Part shown: in pieces, positions 1-12,689 of the stretch
Layout: each line of letters begins with the position of its first letter
How positions within the stretch are numbered: position 1 is the first letter of the stretch
Assembly: GCF_006345805.1 (NCBI RefSeq)
Contig: NC_043001.1
Coordinates: 83,452,001 to 83,516,000, forward strand
Direction: 5' to 3'
Source of the DNA: Octopus sinensis
Taxonomy: Eukaryota
DNA length: 64,000 nt
Made by a program: the position numbers and the translations under genes
The notes under the pieces: model-generated
Database searches by the model: none
What the model was told of the DNA's origin: nothing
The model's input: only the letters and a program-made list of their open reading frames with translations

Positions 1-985
1 TTTCTAGAATAAGCTTGACTGTGTCTAATATAAATGGCACTGTGAATCTGCTGGGAATCACTTCTCTATGTTTTTCTAACCAGTATTTAATCGCCTTTAT
101 TCCTAAATCGTGAATATGGGTGTAGAGGCTTACCACATCAAAACTTAGTAAAACTGAATTTGTTTCTGTTGTTTTGGGAAGATGGGACAGGAAGTCGATG
201 TTATCCCTGATGAACTTGGTATGTAAGTACATAGTGGTTCAAAACAATGTCAATAAAATTGCTTAGACGGTGTGTAGGGCATGCTGGACCAGCTATATAG
301 GTCTAAGTTTTAGGTCTTTTGGATGTAATAATTTTATGTACTCACTTTCTTGTTCTTTTACTGCCTGTTTTAATGTTTTTTTTGATTTGGTGTATTTTTG
401 GTAAGCCGTAGAAGTTGCTGGGTTTTGGTTCAAAATTGGTGATGTAGTCTTTTTCATTATCCGTAAGTGAGTTGTGTGGTGTGTTTGAAATCAGGTTGTT
501 GATCTTTTTCTGATGTGGTGGTCTATATTTGCGGGTATTTCACAATAGAAGGTTGTATCCTTCAGTTGGTTTCAACCAAATCCTTATAGTATTCGGTATC
601 CATAATAACAATTGCCCCACCTTTATCTGCTTGTTTAATTATTATTGTTTGATCGTTTTGTATACGTTTACATGCAGACATCTCTGATTTGCTAATGTTT
701 GGCCTAACATTGGTATTGCGTCTAAGGGAAATTTAGACAGATATCAATGTATTGGTCAAGGTAGTTATTTCTTCTTTTGGTGGGGTGAAATTTGATAATT
801 CCTTACTAGGGATTCATCAATCTCATTACTTTTGTTAGCGAAGAATTCTACAAGTCGTAATTTTCGACAGAATTTTGGATATCCTCCTTTAATTCTTGGT
901 GGTTGGCTGTTGGTGTAGGTGTGAATTTCAGTCCTTTTGACAGAAGTTGGATTTCATCATTGTCAAAATCTCTTTTTGATAAATA
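1..985 (-). pseudogene. Penelope-like element (PLE) reverse transcriptase relic, frameshifted
   Basis: Minus-strand translation gives PLE-RT motifs LLSKGLKFTPTP, IIIKQADKGGAIVIMD, SNFYGLPKIH, LRPI..GPACPT and FDVVSLYT, interrupted by frameshifts. Confidence 0.85.
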
Positions 986-1039
<54 letters not shown>

Positions 1040-1108
1040 CTATATATCTATTATATATAGATATATATAATATATATATCTAATATATATATATATATAT
1101 ACGTAGAC

Positions 1109-1188
<80 letters not shown>

Positions 1189-1209
1189 ATACATATATAT
1201 ATATATATA

Positions 1210-1511
1210 TTCAACAATATTAAGGAATGGCCTTGATAGGCCATTCGACCCACTAGAAAGAGCAGCTAAACTCAAACCGCTAAATAGTTGTAATTCAGAA
1301 ACAAAGGAAAATAAAAACATTTACCCTTATCATCTTTGGACTATGCATAGTTTCGACATACATATTGGCAAACCGATTTAATTAAGATGATAAGGGTAAA
1401 TGTTTTTATTTTCCTTTGGTTTCTGAATTACAACTATTTAGCGGATGAGTTTAGCTGCTCTTTCTAGTGGGTCGAATGGCCTATCAAGGCCATTCCTTAA
1501 TATTGTTGAAT
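1210..1511. repeat. Long inverted repeat (~125-bp arms, ~50-bp spacer)
   Basis: 1210-1335 is the near-perfect reverse complement of 1383-1511; the ORF track shows the same peptide SLAALSSGSNGLSRPFLNIVE on both strands. Confidence 0.9.
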
Positions 1512-1627
1512 GTATATTATATAGTCTGTTGACTATTTTTTCTTTCTCACTGGACCGCTGGTGGCAAAAAATTTCTCTTGAATTTTTTGCTACCCTTATA
1601 TATTTTGATATATATATATATATATAT

Positions 1628-1815
1628 AGGGAGATTTTACGAAAAAAAACAAAAGACGAAGACAGGTGGTGTACAAAACAAACAGATGTATTAGTATAAC
1701 GTTCAGGAATAGAAAAAGTATTTTACGTTTCGAGCCTACGCTCTTCTACAGAAAGGGACAGAAAAAACAAGGAGAGAAAAAAATGTGTGTAGTGGCTAAC
1801 GATCTATCATGGCGA
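1628..1815 (-). mobile_element. Short element within (TA)n carrying a hammerhead-like motif
   Basis: Minus strand 1721-1754 reads CTGTAGA-A-GAGC-GTAG-GCTC-GAAAC-GTA; flanked both sides by (TA)n; layout resembles 29040-29255. Confidence 0.55.
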
Positions 1816-1842
1816 CTATATATATATATAGATATATATATA

Positions 1843-1878
<36 letters not shown>

Positions 1879-2261
1879 GCATACATATTGGTAGGTTCTT
1901 TCAGTTTCCATCGACCAGTTCCCCTCACAAGGCTTTGGTTGGCCTGGGGATATAGTAGAAGACACTTGCGTGCCTATTTTCAAACAGAAAAGACTATATG
2001 CTCAGAGTCTGTAGACTGCTTGGAGTCACAGGGCCTGTTAAATAACCTACCTAGATACGTGATACACGTGTGAGCGTGCGCACTCACTTGCGCGCCACAC
2101 ACACACACACACAACATACACATACACACACCCACATACACAGAGTGTTCAAGATAAATTTAACGGTTTTTATGTCTCCTCTTTCCAGGAACAGCTTCAT
2201 GTGTTGGTGAACAGCATTGGAGATAATAAAGATTAGAGATTAAAGAGAATAAAGATTAAAG

Positions 2262-2598
2262 GAATTCTGTACATTATTTACATTATTTACATTTGATGGA
2301 TATTTGTCCTCATCTTGTTTGTTGATAACACAACGTTTCGGCTGATATACCCTCCAACCTTCATCAGGTGTCTTGGGGAAATTTTGAACCTGGGTTCTCA
2401 TTGCTAAGGTATTTTTCGATGTTATTATTATTATTGTTGTTGTTGTTGTTGTTTAATTCACTGCCTGGAATCGAACTCGGAATCTTGGGGTTAGTAGCCC
2501 GCGCTCTTAACCACTACACCATATGGTCGTGAGAATATGGCGTAGTGGTTAAGAGCGCGGGCTACTAACCCCAAGATTCCGAGTTCGATTCCAAGCAG
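2262..2598 (-). mobile_element. tRNA-headed element with hammerhead-containing tail, plus an inverted second head
   Basis: Head has A box TGG(C/T)GTAGTGG and B box GAGTTCGATTCC, then an (AAT/AAC)n linker, then a tail with a hammerhead; an inverted head copy lies at 2535-2598; same family at 50942-51406. Confidence 0.8.
2327..2372 (-). ncRNA. Minimal type I hammerhead ribozyme motif (Penelope-type)
   Basis: GACAC-CTGATGA-A-GGTTG-(GAGGGTATAT)-CAGCC-GAAAC-GTT-GTGTT: stem I GACAC/GTGTT, stem II GGTTG/CAGCC, palindromic minimal stem III AACGTT. Confidence 0.7.
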
Positions 2599-2599
2599 A

Positions 2600-3250
2600 A
2601 AAGAGAATCTGTAGTTGGCTAGAAACAACAGTCGCCATAAATATAAATTACAACCGAAAGGAAAACCAGTTGAACAGATAAGAAAGATGATAATGTACCT
2701 TGGGATAAATGTAATCATAAAAAGTGAAGCAGAAATCAAGAGAAGGATTGGGAAAGCTAGAAAGTCACATTACAAGATGCCAAATATACTAACATCAAGG
2801 ACCGTTAATGGCGAAACTAGAAAGAGTTTAATAAAACGTTATGTATGGTCCGCTTTACTCTAAGAAGCTGAAATATGGATATTAACAAAAGTACTGGTAA
2901 ATAGATTACATGCCTTTGAAATGTGGGCATATAGAAGACTTTTGAGAATATCATAGATAGAATATAAATCGCATGAACAAGTACTAAAAATGGTGGAAAC
3001 CAAGAATATGATATTAGGCATCATCAAAGAGAAAGTGTTTGGGACGTTTAATTAGAAAAAAAATGGTTAATAGAAGGCAAAATGAATGCGAAGAGAGGAA
3101 GTGGAAAACCAAGAATTACGTGGACAGAGAAATATCAAGAATTAAACAGAATTAGAATACAGTAAATGTATTAGGACAGCACAGAAAAGATCGAGAAGGC
3201 GATCTTATGGTATTCATTCAATTGAGAGCAGACGATATCTGATGATGATA
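2600..3250 (+). mobile_element. RTE-type LINE 3' fragment, degenerate
   Basis: EIKRRIGKAR..YVWSALL..RLHAFEMWAYRRLLRIS peptides with stops; ends in a (GAT)n tail. Confidence 0.8.
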
Positions 3251-3681
3251 AGAAATGAGGCGGAGCTAAAGTTGTGATGGGAGCTAAGCTGATGGTTAAA
3301 GTAACAGTAATTAGAAAGAGAGCAGGGAATGAGGAAAGAAGGGAAACTTAAATGTGACTGTATAAGGACGTGTGTGTGAAGTGCACTCTTTCTCCTTCTC
3401 TCTCTTTCTTTCTCACTCTTTCTATTTATCTATCTCTCTATATCTATCTGTCTATCTATTTTACTTTTTCACTTCTATATTTATATATTTATAACACTCA
3501 CAGCGTCCGTTTTCTATGTTACCCTTTTATACACCACACAATCTCTGTATCTAAAATCTATCTATCTATCTACTTATCACAGTCATTCTCCTCTCAATGT
3601 CAATCAAATATATTTATTTATCCATTATACGCAATAGAAGCAGTATCGAATTAAGATAACCAGCTATGCTAAAATTCATTA

Positions 3682-3907
3682 TTGAAAGGCAATTTACTGC
3701 GATATTAGTCTCGAGATAAAAATCTTTTATAAACGAGCTCTGTTTGAAAATACAATATATATCGGGAGGGGAGGAAAATCGTCCTAGCAGGGGCCAGCAA
3801 GAACGCCAGATGCCTTTCCGATACGCACTGGCCACGGCTGGAATGATTTTCGTTTCCCTCCTTAAAAAATGTTCTCGGGACGAATATCGTAGTAAATTGC
3901 CTTTCAA
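3682..3907. mobile_element. Foldback MITE-like palindrome (possibly Kolobok-like)
   Basis: Terminal IR TTGAAAGGCAATTTACTGCGATATT / AATATCGTAGTAAATTGCCTTTCAA, with further internal pairing (GGAGGGGAGGAAAATC / GATTTTCGTTTCCCTCC). Confidence 0.7.
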
Positions 3908-4067
3908 CAATATATTTACATTAAGTTTGATAGGTGGCCATTTTATATTTATTTGTATCTTAACTTAAGTATCGATAGAAATAAATACTTGAACACAGGA
4001 TATCAATTCAAATCTATATTTTTTCCCAGATTTATTAGAACAAAGTTTTATATGCATATATGTATGT

Positions 4068-4108
<41 letters not shown>

Positions 4109-4196
4109 TATATATATATATTATATACATGCATACATGTATATATACATACATGTATGTAGGTATGTAGAGATAGATAGATAGATAGATATATAG

Positions 4197-4243
<47 letters not shown>

Positions 4244-4666
4244 CTATACATAGGTGCAGGCGCGGGCTGTGTGGTAAGAAGCTTTCTTCTCAACCACACG
4301 GTTTCGATTTCAGTCCCACTGCGTGCGGCACGTTGGACAATTTTCTTCTACTATAACCTCGAGCCGACCAAAGCCTTGTGAGTGGATTTGGGAGATGGAA
4401 ACTGAAAGAAGCCCGTCATATATATACACTTTTACTCTTTTACTTGTTTCAGTCATTTGACTGTGGCCATGCTGGAGCACCGCCTTTAGTCGAGCAAATC
4501 GACCCCACGACTTATTCTTTGTAAGCCTAGTACTTATTCTTTCGGTCTCTTTTGCTGAACCGCTAAGTTACGTGGATATAAACACACCAGCATCGCTTGT
4601 CAAGTGTGTTGGGGAGACAAACCAGAACACACAAACATATACACACACATACTTACATATATATAT

Positions 4667-4766
4667 NNNNNNNNNNNNNNNNNNNNNNNNNNNNNNNNNN
4701 NNNNNNNNNNNNNNNNNNNNNNNNNNNNNNNNNNNNNNNNNNNNNNNNNNNNNNNNNNNNNNNNNN
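4667..4766. other. Assembly gap (100 N) inside TA-rich microsatellite
   Basis: Run of exactly 100 N. Confidence 0.99.
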
Positions 4767-4988
4767 ATATATATATATATACTCACACACACATACATAT
4801 ATATATATATACTCACACACACATACATATTTATACATATATATATATATATCACACACACATACATACTTCTACATATATATATATATATAGATATATA
4901 TATATACAAACATATACATACACACAAACACATTAGATATAATATATATATATATATATTATATAATACACTCACATACACATGCACG

Positions 4989-5044
<56 letters not shown>

Positions 5045-5063
5045 TATATATATATTATCTATA

Positions 5064-5117
<54 letters not shown>

Positions 5118-5854
5118 TATGCTTTGAACCAGAGATTCACTAATGTGAATTATTAGATTTTATGAAATTTTGTACGCTATAAAGAAATTACGTTTTGAAT
5201 TGCCTGTTATATTTTTGTAAAATTACCATGTTCCAGACCAACGGTTATAATTTGAGAACAAATATTACGATTCAAATGGCAAGTTTAGAAAAAAAATTAA
5301 GTAGTGAAGTGGAATATACTGGAATAGTTTTATGCTGTTTTATAGTTATTTTAAAATCGTGCTAAGATTTCTAATTTTAATAAGAGAATGTATATTTGAG
5401 TTTAGTTTAAATGTACAAAATCAGCCGAAGGTTAAGCTTAGAATTAAGTAACGAAAATACGCAGGCAATATTTAACTTAGAGGTTTGTATTTGTAGCTGT
5501 GAAGATTTAGTAATATGTGGAAGAGGCTATTAATAAGTAAGGGAAAATGTGATATAAAAGACGAAAGAATTGTTTTAAAAATGAAAATAGTTGCGTTAAA
5601 TAATGTGTAGAGAAATGAATGTTGTGGTGTGACGCCATAAATTCTGATAAAGGGTAACAAGTGTTATGCTTATGAAATAACGGGTTTAAGGAAAAGATTT
5701 TTAAGTGAAAACGTTGAGTACGAAAGACAACATTAAGAATATGAGATAGAGAAATTTAAATAAATAGTGCTACACAGAAATATGGGAATAGATTTATCGT
5801 GAAGTAAAAGGAAATAAAGATTAGTAATTCGTTCTAATTTTGGCAAAGGATAAA

Positions 5855-6680
5855 GCGGCGTTCTTAACACACCGGGCAAACTGTTGAGTGGTATTTCGTC
5901 TGTCTTTTACGTTCTGAGTTCAAATTCCGCCGATGTCGACTTTGCCTTTCATCCTTTCGGGGTCGATTAAATAAGTACCAGTTACAGACTGGTGTCGATA
6001 TAATCGACTTAATCCGTTTGTCTGTCCTTGTTCGTCCCCTCTGTGTTTAGCCCCTTGTGGGTAGTAAAGAAATAGGTATTTCGTCTGCCGATTACGTTCT
6101 GAGCTCAAATTCTGCCGATGTCGACTTTGCCTTTCATCCTTTCGGGGTCGATTAAATAAGTACCAGCTACGCACTGGGGTCGATATAATCGACTTAATCC
6201 GTTTGTCTGTCCTTGTTCGTCCCCTTTGTGTTTAGCCCCTTGTGGGTAGTAAAGAAATAGGTATTTCGTCTGCCGTTACGTTCTGAGTTCAAATTCTGCC
6301 GAGGTCGACGTTGCCTTCCATCCTTTCGGGGTCGATTAAATAAGTACCAGCTACGCACTGGGGTCGATATAATCGACTTAATCCGTTTGTCTGTCCTTGT
6401 TCGTCCCCTCTGTGTTTAGCCCCTTGTGGGTAGTAAAGAAATAGGTATTTCGTCTGCTGTTACGTTCTGAGTTCAAATTCTGCCGAGGTCGACTTTGCCT
6501 TTCATCCTTTCGGGATCGATTAAATAAGTACCAGCTACGCACTGGGGTCGATATAATCGACTTAATCCGTTTGTCTCTCCTTGTTCGTCCCCTCTGTGTT
6601 TAGCCCCTTGTGGGTAGTAAAGAAATAGGTATTTCGTCTGCCGTTACGTTCTGAGTTCAAATTCTGCCAAGGTCGATAAA
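5855..6680 (+). repeat. Head-to-tail tandem array of SINE family B (~184-bp unit, ~4.3 copies)
   Basis: Unit GGTATTTCGTCTG...GGTAGTAAAGAAATA repeats near-identically; contains B box GAGTTCAAATTCC and a Nin/Deu-like core GCCTTTCATCCTTTCGGGGTCGAT. Confidence 0.9.
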
Positions 6681-6977
6681 ACAAGTACCAGCTAAACAAC
6701 TATGGTCGATATAATCGACTTACCCGCTCCCGCGCAGCTGCTGACCTCGTACCAAAACGTGAAACCAATTATGGTTAAAGGCCTGGAATTTTTCGGGAAG
6801 GAGCCAGCCGATTACATCGGCTCAAGTGGTACTTATTTTATCAACCCCAAAAGGATTAAAAGCAAAGTCGACCCCGGTGCAATTTTAAAACAGAGCGTAA
6901 AGAATCGATAGAAATGCTGTTAGTTATTTTAGTCGAGGGCGTTAACGATTCTTCCAGTTCGCTGCCTTAATATAGAA

Positions 6978-7856
6978 CAGTAGTTCCCAACCTTTTCACA
7001 GTGGTTCCCAACCCCTTTATTTAAATGAGTTTTCGCACGGACCCCTTTTAATATGCTTATCCTTATATATATTATATATATATATATTATATATATATAA
7101 TATATATATATATATCTATATATATATATAATCAAAATAAGCAACAAGAATGGCTCCGGAATTTGGTACAATCGTTTCGTACTACATCCTTTTATTAAAT
7201 GTTGTAAGTATTACAACAGTTTTAAAATGCTGAGCACTCATCAGCCCATTATAGAGTTTTTCCATTAATACAAAATTTTCATATCAAGTGGAAACGTTAT
7301 AGAGAAGGTAGATATAGACAAAGATGTGGATTTAAATTTTAAGAACATTTGAGGTAGTGGAGCCCATCAACATATATATATATATATATATGCTGAGACC
7401 CCCATCGGTCATGACTGACCATGAGATTGCACCTAGAAAGTTACCCTCCCAGGCACAAGTCCGGGCAAGGTTGTTTTTATGGAAGACCAGCAGTCGCCCA
7501 TACATACCGGCCTCCCCTCTCCACGCCACCAGTGTTATCCAAGGGAAAGGCAAAGGGGCCGATACAGCTTGGCACCTGTGACGTCGCAACGCATTTCTAC
7601 AGCTGAGTTAACTGGAGCAATGTGAAATAAAGTGTCTTGCTCAAGAACACAACACGCAACCTGGTCCGGGATTTCGAACTCACAACCTCACGATCGTAAG
7701 CTCGATGCTCTAACCACTGAACCATGCGCCTTCACTCTATATTATATATATATATATAATATATATATATATATATACCTCGCAACACCCCACCACACAC
7801 ACTATCACACACAACACAAACACACACACTCCACACACCACACACACACCCCACAC

Positions 7857-7906
<50 letters not shown>

Positions 7907-8120
7907 CTGTGGAGAGGGGAAGCTGGTATGCATGGGCGACTGCTAGTCTTCCATAAACAACCTTGCTCGGCGGGTAACTTTCTAGGTGCAATCCCATGAT
8001 CATTCATGACCGAAGGGGGTCACCCACTGTATATATGAAATTTTGAAGTTAGTTCACGGAGCCGCAGTACTACCTTTGCGAACTACCAGGGCTCCGCGGA
8101 CCCCAGGTTGGGAACCGCTG
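6978..8120. mobile_element. hAT-like non-autonomous element with nested SINEs and microsatellites
   Basis: TIRs CAGTAGTTCCCAACC / GGTTGGGAACCGCTG; 8-bp TSD ATATAGAA / ATATAGAC; nested SINE at 7395-7735. Confidence 0.8.
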
Positions 8121-9019
8121 ATATAGACAAATGATAATCTTGTAAAAGAATCATCAAATATAAAATAAGTATTTTTTAAAATGGTATACATTAGATGAAT
8201 TAGCAGAATGGTCCGTTACATCGTCTGTCAAAATGCATAGAGGCAAGTATCCCTGCTTTCGCTTTACTCTTTTAATCTTTTACTTGTTTCAGTCATTTGA
8301 CTGTGGCCATACTGGAGCACCGCCTTTAGTCGATCGAGCAAATCGACCCCAGGACTTATTCTTTGTAAGCTTAGTACTTATTCTATTAGTCTCCTTTGCC
8401 GAACCGCTAAGTTACGGGGACGTAAACACACCACTATCGGTTGTCAAGCGATGTTGGGGTGGACAAACACAGACACACAAACATATACGCACATGTATAT
8501 ACATATATACGACAGGCTTCTTTCAGTTTCCGTCTACCAAATCCGCTCACAAGGCTTTGGTCAGCCAAAGTCTATAGTAGAAGACACTTGCCCAAGGTGC
8601 CACGCTGTGGGTACGTTCTGAATTCAAAATCTGCAGATGTTAACTTTTTCTTTAATCCCTCTGAGGTTGTTAAAATAAAGTGCCAATCAAGTCATGCGAT
8701 CGATAATATCGATTAAACTCTTATCTATAAAATAGCTGGTATTGGACCAAAATTTGAAACTATCTTGAGTCAGCGAAGATGACGAGTTGGCAGACTCGCT
8801 AAGTACCGGACAAACTGCCCTGTGTGGTTTCTTCCGGTACTTGACGCTCTGTGTTCAAATCCAGCAAAGATCAACTTTTTCTGTCATCCCTCCCGGATCG
8901 ATAATATAAAGTACCAGTCAAATACTATAACATCGACTAACCTCCTACAATCAAAATTTCTGGTCTTGAACCTAAATCAGAGACCATTAGTTTAGCCATT
9001 TTTTTTTTCAGCAACACCG

Positions 9020-9320
9020 AAGGCGCGTGGTTTAGTGGTTAGGGTATTCTGCTCGCGATCGTAAGACCGTGAGTTCGATTCCCGGCGGCGCTTTATTTTT
9101 GACGTTCCTTCTGTCCATTCAGCTAGCAAAAACGAGTAGTACTTGTATTTGAAAGGACCAGCCTTGTCGCATTCAGTGTCACACAGAATCTCCATGAGAA
9201 CTATATTAAAGGTATGCGTGTCTGTGGAGCGCTCGGCCACTTGCACGTTAATTTCACGAGCAGGCCGTTTCGTTGATCGGATTAACTGGAACACTCGTCG
9301 TCGTAACCAACGGAGTACCA
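9020..9320 (+). mobile_element. tRNA-derived SINE family C
   Basis: Head GGCGCGTGGTTTAGTGG..GAGTTCGATTCC; homologous copies at 38098-38380, 43073-43393 (-) and 49030-49335. Confidence 0.8.
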
Positions 9321-9814
9321 TTTAGTTATTCTGCAACACTGTTCACGCTGAGGTTATATATTGGTGATTCAAATTCATAGCAGCCAATTAAGTTAAGTTA
9401 TTGCCTCAGGGCGTAAACATCATCTCCATTATCAGAGGCTAGAGTGTTTGGCACACCAAATCATGAGAATATTTCAATTAACGTGTAATTTTCTGTCGCA
9501 GCACTCCCATCAGAACAATGGAAGGTTTCAAATCAAGAAGAAAATTAGTTAATAATTATCAGAATATTTCCAATATCTTTTTCGTATTCCCAATCAATAT
9601 GAGTTCTTCTCCGAAGTTGCAATTTGGTGTTGCCTGAAAATCGAAATTGTTGATATTCTGAACAAAATTTTAGATAATCGTCCACTGAACACGATCAACC
9701 AGGTTACCATATACAATTTTTCACTGTTTACTGAGAGTTCATATGAATGTTATGTATTTTCTCAAGAATATTCGCTCTGAATAGTTCTGGAGAGAATTAT
9801 CTTTTTTTATACTC

Positions 9815-10250
9815 TTTTTTACTCTTTTACATATTTCAGTCATTTGCTTGTGGCCATGCTGAAGCACCACTTTAGTCGAGCAAATCGACCCCAGGACTTA
9901 TTCTTTGTAAGCCTAGTACTTTTTCTATCGGTCTCTTTTCCCGAACCGCTAAGTTACGGGGACGTAAACACACCAGCATCGGTTGTCAAGCGATGTTGGA
10001 GGGGGGGGGGGGCAAACACAGACACACAAACGTATACACACACACACATATATTTATATATCTATATATATATATATACATATATACGACGGGCTTCTTT
10101 CAGTTTCCGTCTACCAAATTCACTCACAAGGCTATGGTAGGCCCGAGGCTATAGTAGAAGACACTTACCCAAGGTGCTATGCAGTGGGACTGAACCCGGA
10201 ACCATGTGGTTCTTAAGCAAGCTACTTACCACACACCCACTCCTACACCT
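9815..10250 (-). mobile_element. tRNA-derived SINE family A (representative of ~18 copies in window)
   Basis: A/B boxes, CORE-like CACCTTGGG(C/T)AAGTGTC, internal TA/TG microsatellite and (AAAAGAGT)n tail; other copies include 8272-8610, 11800-12180, 16820-17292, 19276-19645, 23335-23702, 30690-31425, 45258-45680, 48504-48888 and 62385-62650. Confidence 0.9.
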
Positions 10251-10613
10251 ATGATAGATCAAATTATTTTTCAATTTTGAATTTGTTTGGCTAAAATGTT
10301 TATCTGAAACGTGGCTGCAACCAACATTGATATATTTGGCAGATTCACAACTAATTAAGCCTATAAACACACTCACCGGTTGTTACTAGTCTATATTTCA
10401 CCTCTCTTTCTTTTCCCAAAACAGTTTGTCTATGTCTATGTCCTGAAAAATATTTTTCCGCTACCCTAAGTATTTTGAAGGGACATTTACATGCATCAAG
10501 TGTTTAAGACGAAGAAGGAAAAGTAAAATATAGACAAGAACAGCGGGTAAGTTTCTTTAGAGGATTTATCAATCATGACTAAGAAATATTCAATACTAAG
10601 AAATATTCTTTAA

Positions 10614-11733
10614 CTAGCAGCATAGCCCGGCGTTGCCCGGGTATGTAAGAGCCCTAGTAGGCAACGACTAATCCCAATCTACTCCTTTCCCTCTGGGGAA
10701 CGAAGGCGCATGTGTAGGTTGCAATGTCTTCTCTTCACTCCCAAATAACTATCAAACAGCTATCGATAATTCAACCCAACCAATTCCTACCAGGAAGAAA
10801 TTACATTCAAGACTTTACCCCCAACACCGCCACTTCTGCTAATAGCTGCTGCAGCCGCAAGTTATTCGAATACTTTTTTTGTTTAAACTTTCTTTATAAC
10901 TACCACCCCAAAGGTTTTACCTTAAATTTTTGACGTACCCTAAGGGTCCTCGGACGCTACTTGCAAACTCTTGGTTTATTATAAACCGCTTTTGTCGTGT
11001 GCACCAAAAAACCTTTTCCATTCGTTTGTTCAGTTTGGTCACTTTTGACTTTTTCGTTGTGTCACTTACATTGCTGCCCGCTTTTTTGCCGTTTTTGTAC
11101 ATTTTTATACATTTTGGGATACTTACCCCACGTGTTCCGTGAGTTAAAAAGGTCGAGTTGCGTCCCCTAGACAGTCTGTGATTTGTGTTTAATAAACAAA
11201 TCGGTTTGCTATGTGTGCCACATATGATTTAATTAACCGATTTTTTCCAGTAATAAAGTATCCTATTGGAATTTAAAGGGCCATATAGCTCCTGCCAATT
11301 TGTGAAAGATATTGTCGAAAATATGTCATCTTGAATTTGAACGCGATTTCCCAAAATGGCATGATTTTATCGATTTTGTTCTGATGGTAAGGTATTGCAT
11401 GGAAAACTAATGTCAGAATTGAGTTTTTTAGGGTAACATTAAGCTTCAACATCAGTTTGGTGAAAATCGATGGCAAGTTGCGAAAACTACAACAGAAAAT
11501 GTGTTGCATATAAAAAGCTTAGATTCTCGACCCCATGTCGAATTTATCGATTTTTTTTCAGAACTGGGGGAACTTTTCAAAATTTTCGCTGCGTTAGTTT
11601 TGAATTATGACATTGGGCTATGTGTGTGTCAAGTTTCATCAGAATCGGTTGAAAGCCGTGGTCATGGTGAGGGTACAACCTGACAGACACACAGACACAC
11701 AGACAGACAAACTGCCGTTTATATAGAGAGAGA
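10614..11733 (-). mobile_element. Non-autonomous Helitron-like element
   Basis: On the minus strand it starts A|TC, has a (GTCT/GTGT) tract near the 5' end, and ends with hairpin CCCGG-GCAACG-CCGGG then CTAG|T; no TSD. Confidence 0.8.
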
Positions 11734-12689
11734 TGGCGATAACTCGTTTCTAAGTTAATCTTTAGAAGTCGTTATCTTTTATCTTTTTTTATGTTTATTC
11801 ACTTGTTTTAGTCATTAGACTGCGTCCATGTTGAGGCACTGGCTTGAAGAATTTTCAGTCGAATGATTCTACTCCAGTAGTTTTTCTTTCTTTCTTTTTT
11901 TAAGCCCGATACTTATTCTAACGGTTCCTTTTGCTGAACCGCCAAGTAAACACACCAACACCAATTGTTGGTGGTGGGGGACAAACACAGACACAAAGAC
12001 ACATAAATATATATTCATATACGGCGGGCTTCTTTATGTTTCCGTCTAGCAAATCCACTCACAAGGCTTTGGCCGGCCCGAGGCTAAAGCAGAAGACATT
12101 TGCCCAAGGTACCACGCTGTGGGATTGAACCCGTAATCATGTGGTCGGGAAGCAAATTTCTTACCACACAGCCACGCCTTTACCTTTGTTCAATGTTGCT
12201 CTCTAACTATTTTTCTTGGATCTTCAGATTCCAAACGCCGGTTTCCATGGCGTATGACCTAGATTACAAAATTCCCTCTTAATCGGGACGTTGGTCCGTT
12301 ACAGGATTCCAGGACAGCAATTTTAATGGGAGGGGCAAATTTTAATGGGTTTACCACTTGGTTGGTACTTTATTTTATCGACCCTGAAAGAATGAAGGAC
12401 AGAGTTGACCTCGGCGAGATTTGCACTCAGAACGTAGAGAGCCGGAAGAAATGCCACTTACCATTTTGTCCGATGTGTTTATTTAATTTAATCAAGTTTA
12501 TCGTGTTTGTGTTTAGATGTTCATACGGGAATTACTCAGTGTAACAATGTTTTTCTTCTTTAGTCTGTATGTGTTATTTCCTGTTAGATTCTATCTAGAA
12601 ATCAAAGGAAATGACTACTATTCCCTTCAAACTTTGCTTTTGTGACCAGACGATGATGATGATGATGATGATGATGAAAATAGGTTGGC

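Noticed and set aside
2535-2598. tRNA gene calls for the tRNA-like heads (here, 9020, 19276, 51109 and others)
   Set aside because: A and B boxes are present but there is no acceptor stem, and each continues into repeat body, so they are SINE heads.
980-5120. Numerous ORFs rich in YI/IY, HT and VC dipeptides (also near 19.5-20.3 kb and 37-38.7 kb)
   Set aside because: They are translations of (TA)n, (CA)n and (TACA)n microsatellites, and some span the N gap.
5120-5830. AT-rich complex block as a possible decayed coding region
   Set aside because: No recognisable motif and frequent stops in all frames.
5855-6680. CRISPR-like appearance of tandem arrays (also 62829-63110 and 43915-44080)
   Set aside because: The context is eukaryotic, the units are contiguous with no unique spacers, and no cas genes are present.
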